Shown here in pieces: positions 63,364 through 64,000 of a stretch of DNA of 64,000 nucleotides. The stretch comes from Hyphomicrobiales bacterium (GTDB taxonomy: Bacteria; Pseudomonadota; Alphaproteobacteria; Micropepsales; Micropepsaceae). The translations under genes and the position numbers were made by a program. The DNA lies in NCBI GenBank assembly GCA_040255825.1, contig JBDZVS010000001.1, positions 2,867-66,866 of the forward strand, read 5' to 3'. The stretch's first letter is position 1; every line of letters begins with the position of its first letter. A model generated the notes under the pieces. The model was not told the origin of the DNA, did no database searches, and worked only from the letters and a program-made list of their open reading frames with translations.

Positions 63364-64000
63364 TTACCCCTCGTCTGACAGGCCCCAGATGCGATGCGAA
63401 TCGATCAGGAGCTGCAGTACTGCCGAATGGGCCGCGCCACGGGCGTGTGCCTCGGTGCGGCGCATATCATAGTCCTGCCGCCTGGCCAGCAGCAGATCCG
63501 TCAATCCTTGGTCACCCAGGTCATAGGCCTTCTGCATGCGCGCCAGCATGGCGGCGCTGCTCTTGGCGGCCGTCTCGGCCTGGCGCCAGGCTTCAAGGCC
63601 CTGCTGCGCATTGATCACATCGCGCTCGGCGGCGATCTCGACATCGCGCTGGACCTTGTGGGCGGTGACCGCTGCGGCGGCGGCTTCGGCGCTGGCCTGG
63701 TCGGCGCTGGCCTGGCGCAGAGCGCCGCCAATGGGAATGGAAAAGCCGATGCCGATGCCGGTCTCATGGCCGCCGCGCTCATGGAAGGTGCGGAGGTCCA
63801 AAGTGGGGTCGGCGAACCTGTCCATATGTGCGCGCCTGGCCAGCCACTCGCGACGGTCGGCCTCGCTCTCAGCCAGCTTGATCTCGTGATTGTCTTCGAG
63901 CACGGCGGCACGCCATTCCTCCCAGTCGCCGGGCGGCGCGATGGGGTCAGGCATGGCGGGCGCGCGCAGCGGCAGCGTCAAGGTCGGAAATGTCCGCTCC
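63364..64000 (-). CDS. 3' end of a TolC/CzcC-like outer-membrane efflux protein (partial, begins beyond window)
   Basis: The frame is open to the window end. ADPTLDL..GFSIPIG, coiled-coil helices, and KAYDLGDQGLTDLLLARR. Confidence 0.7.
   Translation of the reverse strand, partial: ERTFPTLTLPLRAPAMPDPIAPPGDWEEWRAAVLEDNHEIKLAESEADRREWLARRAHMDRFADPTLDLRTFHERGGHETGIGIGFSIPIGGALRQASADQASAEAAAAAVTAHKVQRDVEIAAERDVINAQQGLEAWRQAETAAKSSAAMLARMQKAYDLGDQGLTDLLLARRQDYDMRRTEAHARGAAHSAVLQLLIDSHRIWGLSDEG

Overview
High-GC alphaproteobacterial chromosomal DNA; the finer taxonomy cannot be fixed from the sequence alone. No rRNA, tRNA, CRISPR or prophage was found. (1) 0.2-14.2 kb: a divergent GH13 alpha-glucosidase and a glycogen operon glgP-glgB-glgC-glgA/pgm-glgX-zwf, in which GlgA and Pgm are one uninterrupted 1025-aa ORF. 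(2) 14.5-22.4 kb: a LacI-controlled xylan/xylose locus (Caulobacter-type xylB-xylC, GH43 xylosidase, ExuT-like MFS, GH67 alpha-glucuronidase) with two XylR-like operators. (3) 22.5-44.3 kb: a large accessory cluster that is mostly exported. It encodes three PQQ dehydrogenases (one with two N-terminal haem c motifs and XoxF-like metal ligands), a cytochrome c, two ThuA-like proteins, a Tat TIM-barrel protein, a secreted mutarotase and two tandem secreted esterases. It also encodes cytoplasmic sugar-acid enzymes (IlvD/Edd dehydratase, FAH hydrolase, two SDRs, gluconokinase), an MFS and a GntR regulator. (4) 44.5-59.5 kb: core genes dcd, DinG helicase, an unusual hybrid kinase with degenerate receiver and HPt, class I lysS, XRE/S24, pyrD, TetR, DUF971, Trm112, LON-N, cnoX, speE and speD. 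(5) 59.6-64 kb: a small ORF, an SDR, a GMC oxidoreductase with a Tat partner, a decayed IS481 and a partial TolC-like gene. Several REP/RIME-like palindrome families sit in intergenic gaps, including a 93-bp tandem array. The best candidates for something new are the periplasmic PQQ/ThuA sugar-oxidation system, the GlgA-Pgm fusion and the pseudo-phosphorelay kinase. All product calls come from motif recognition; no database search was run.
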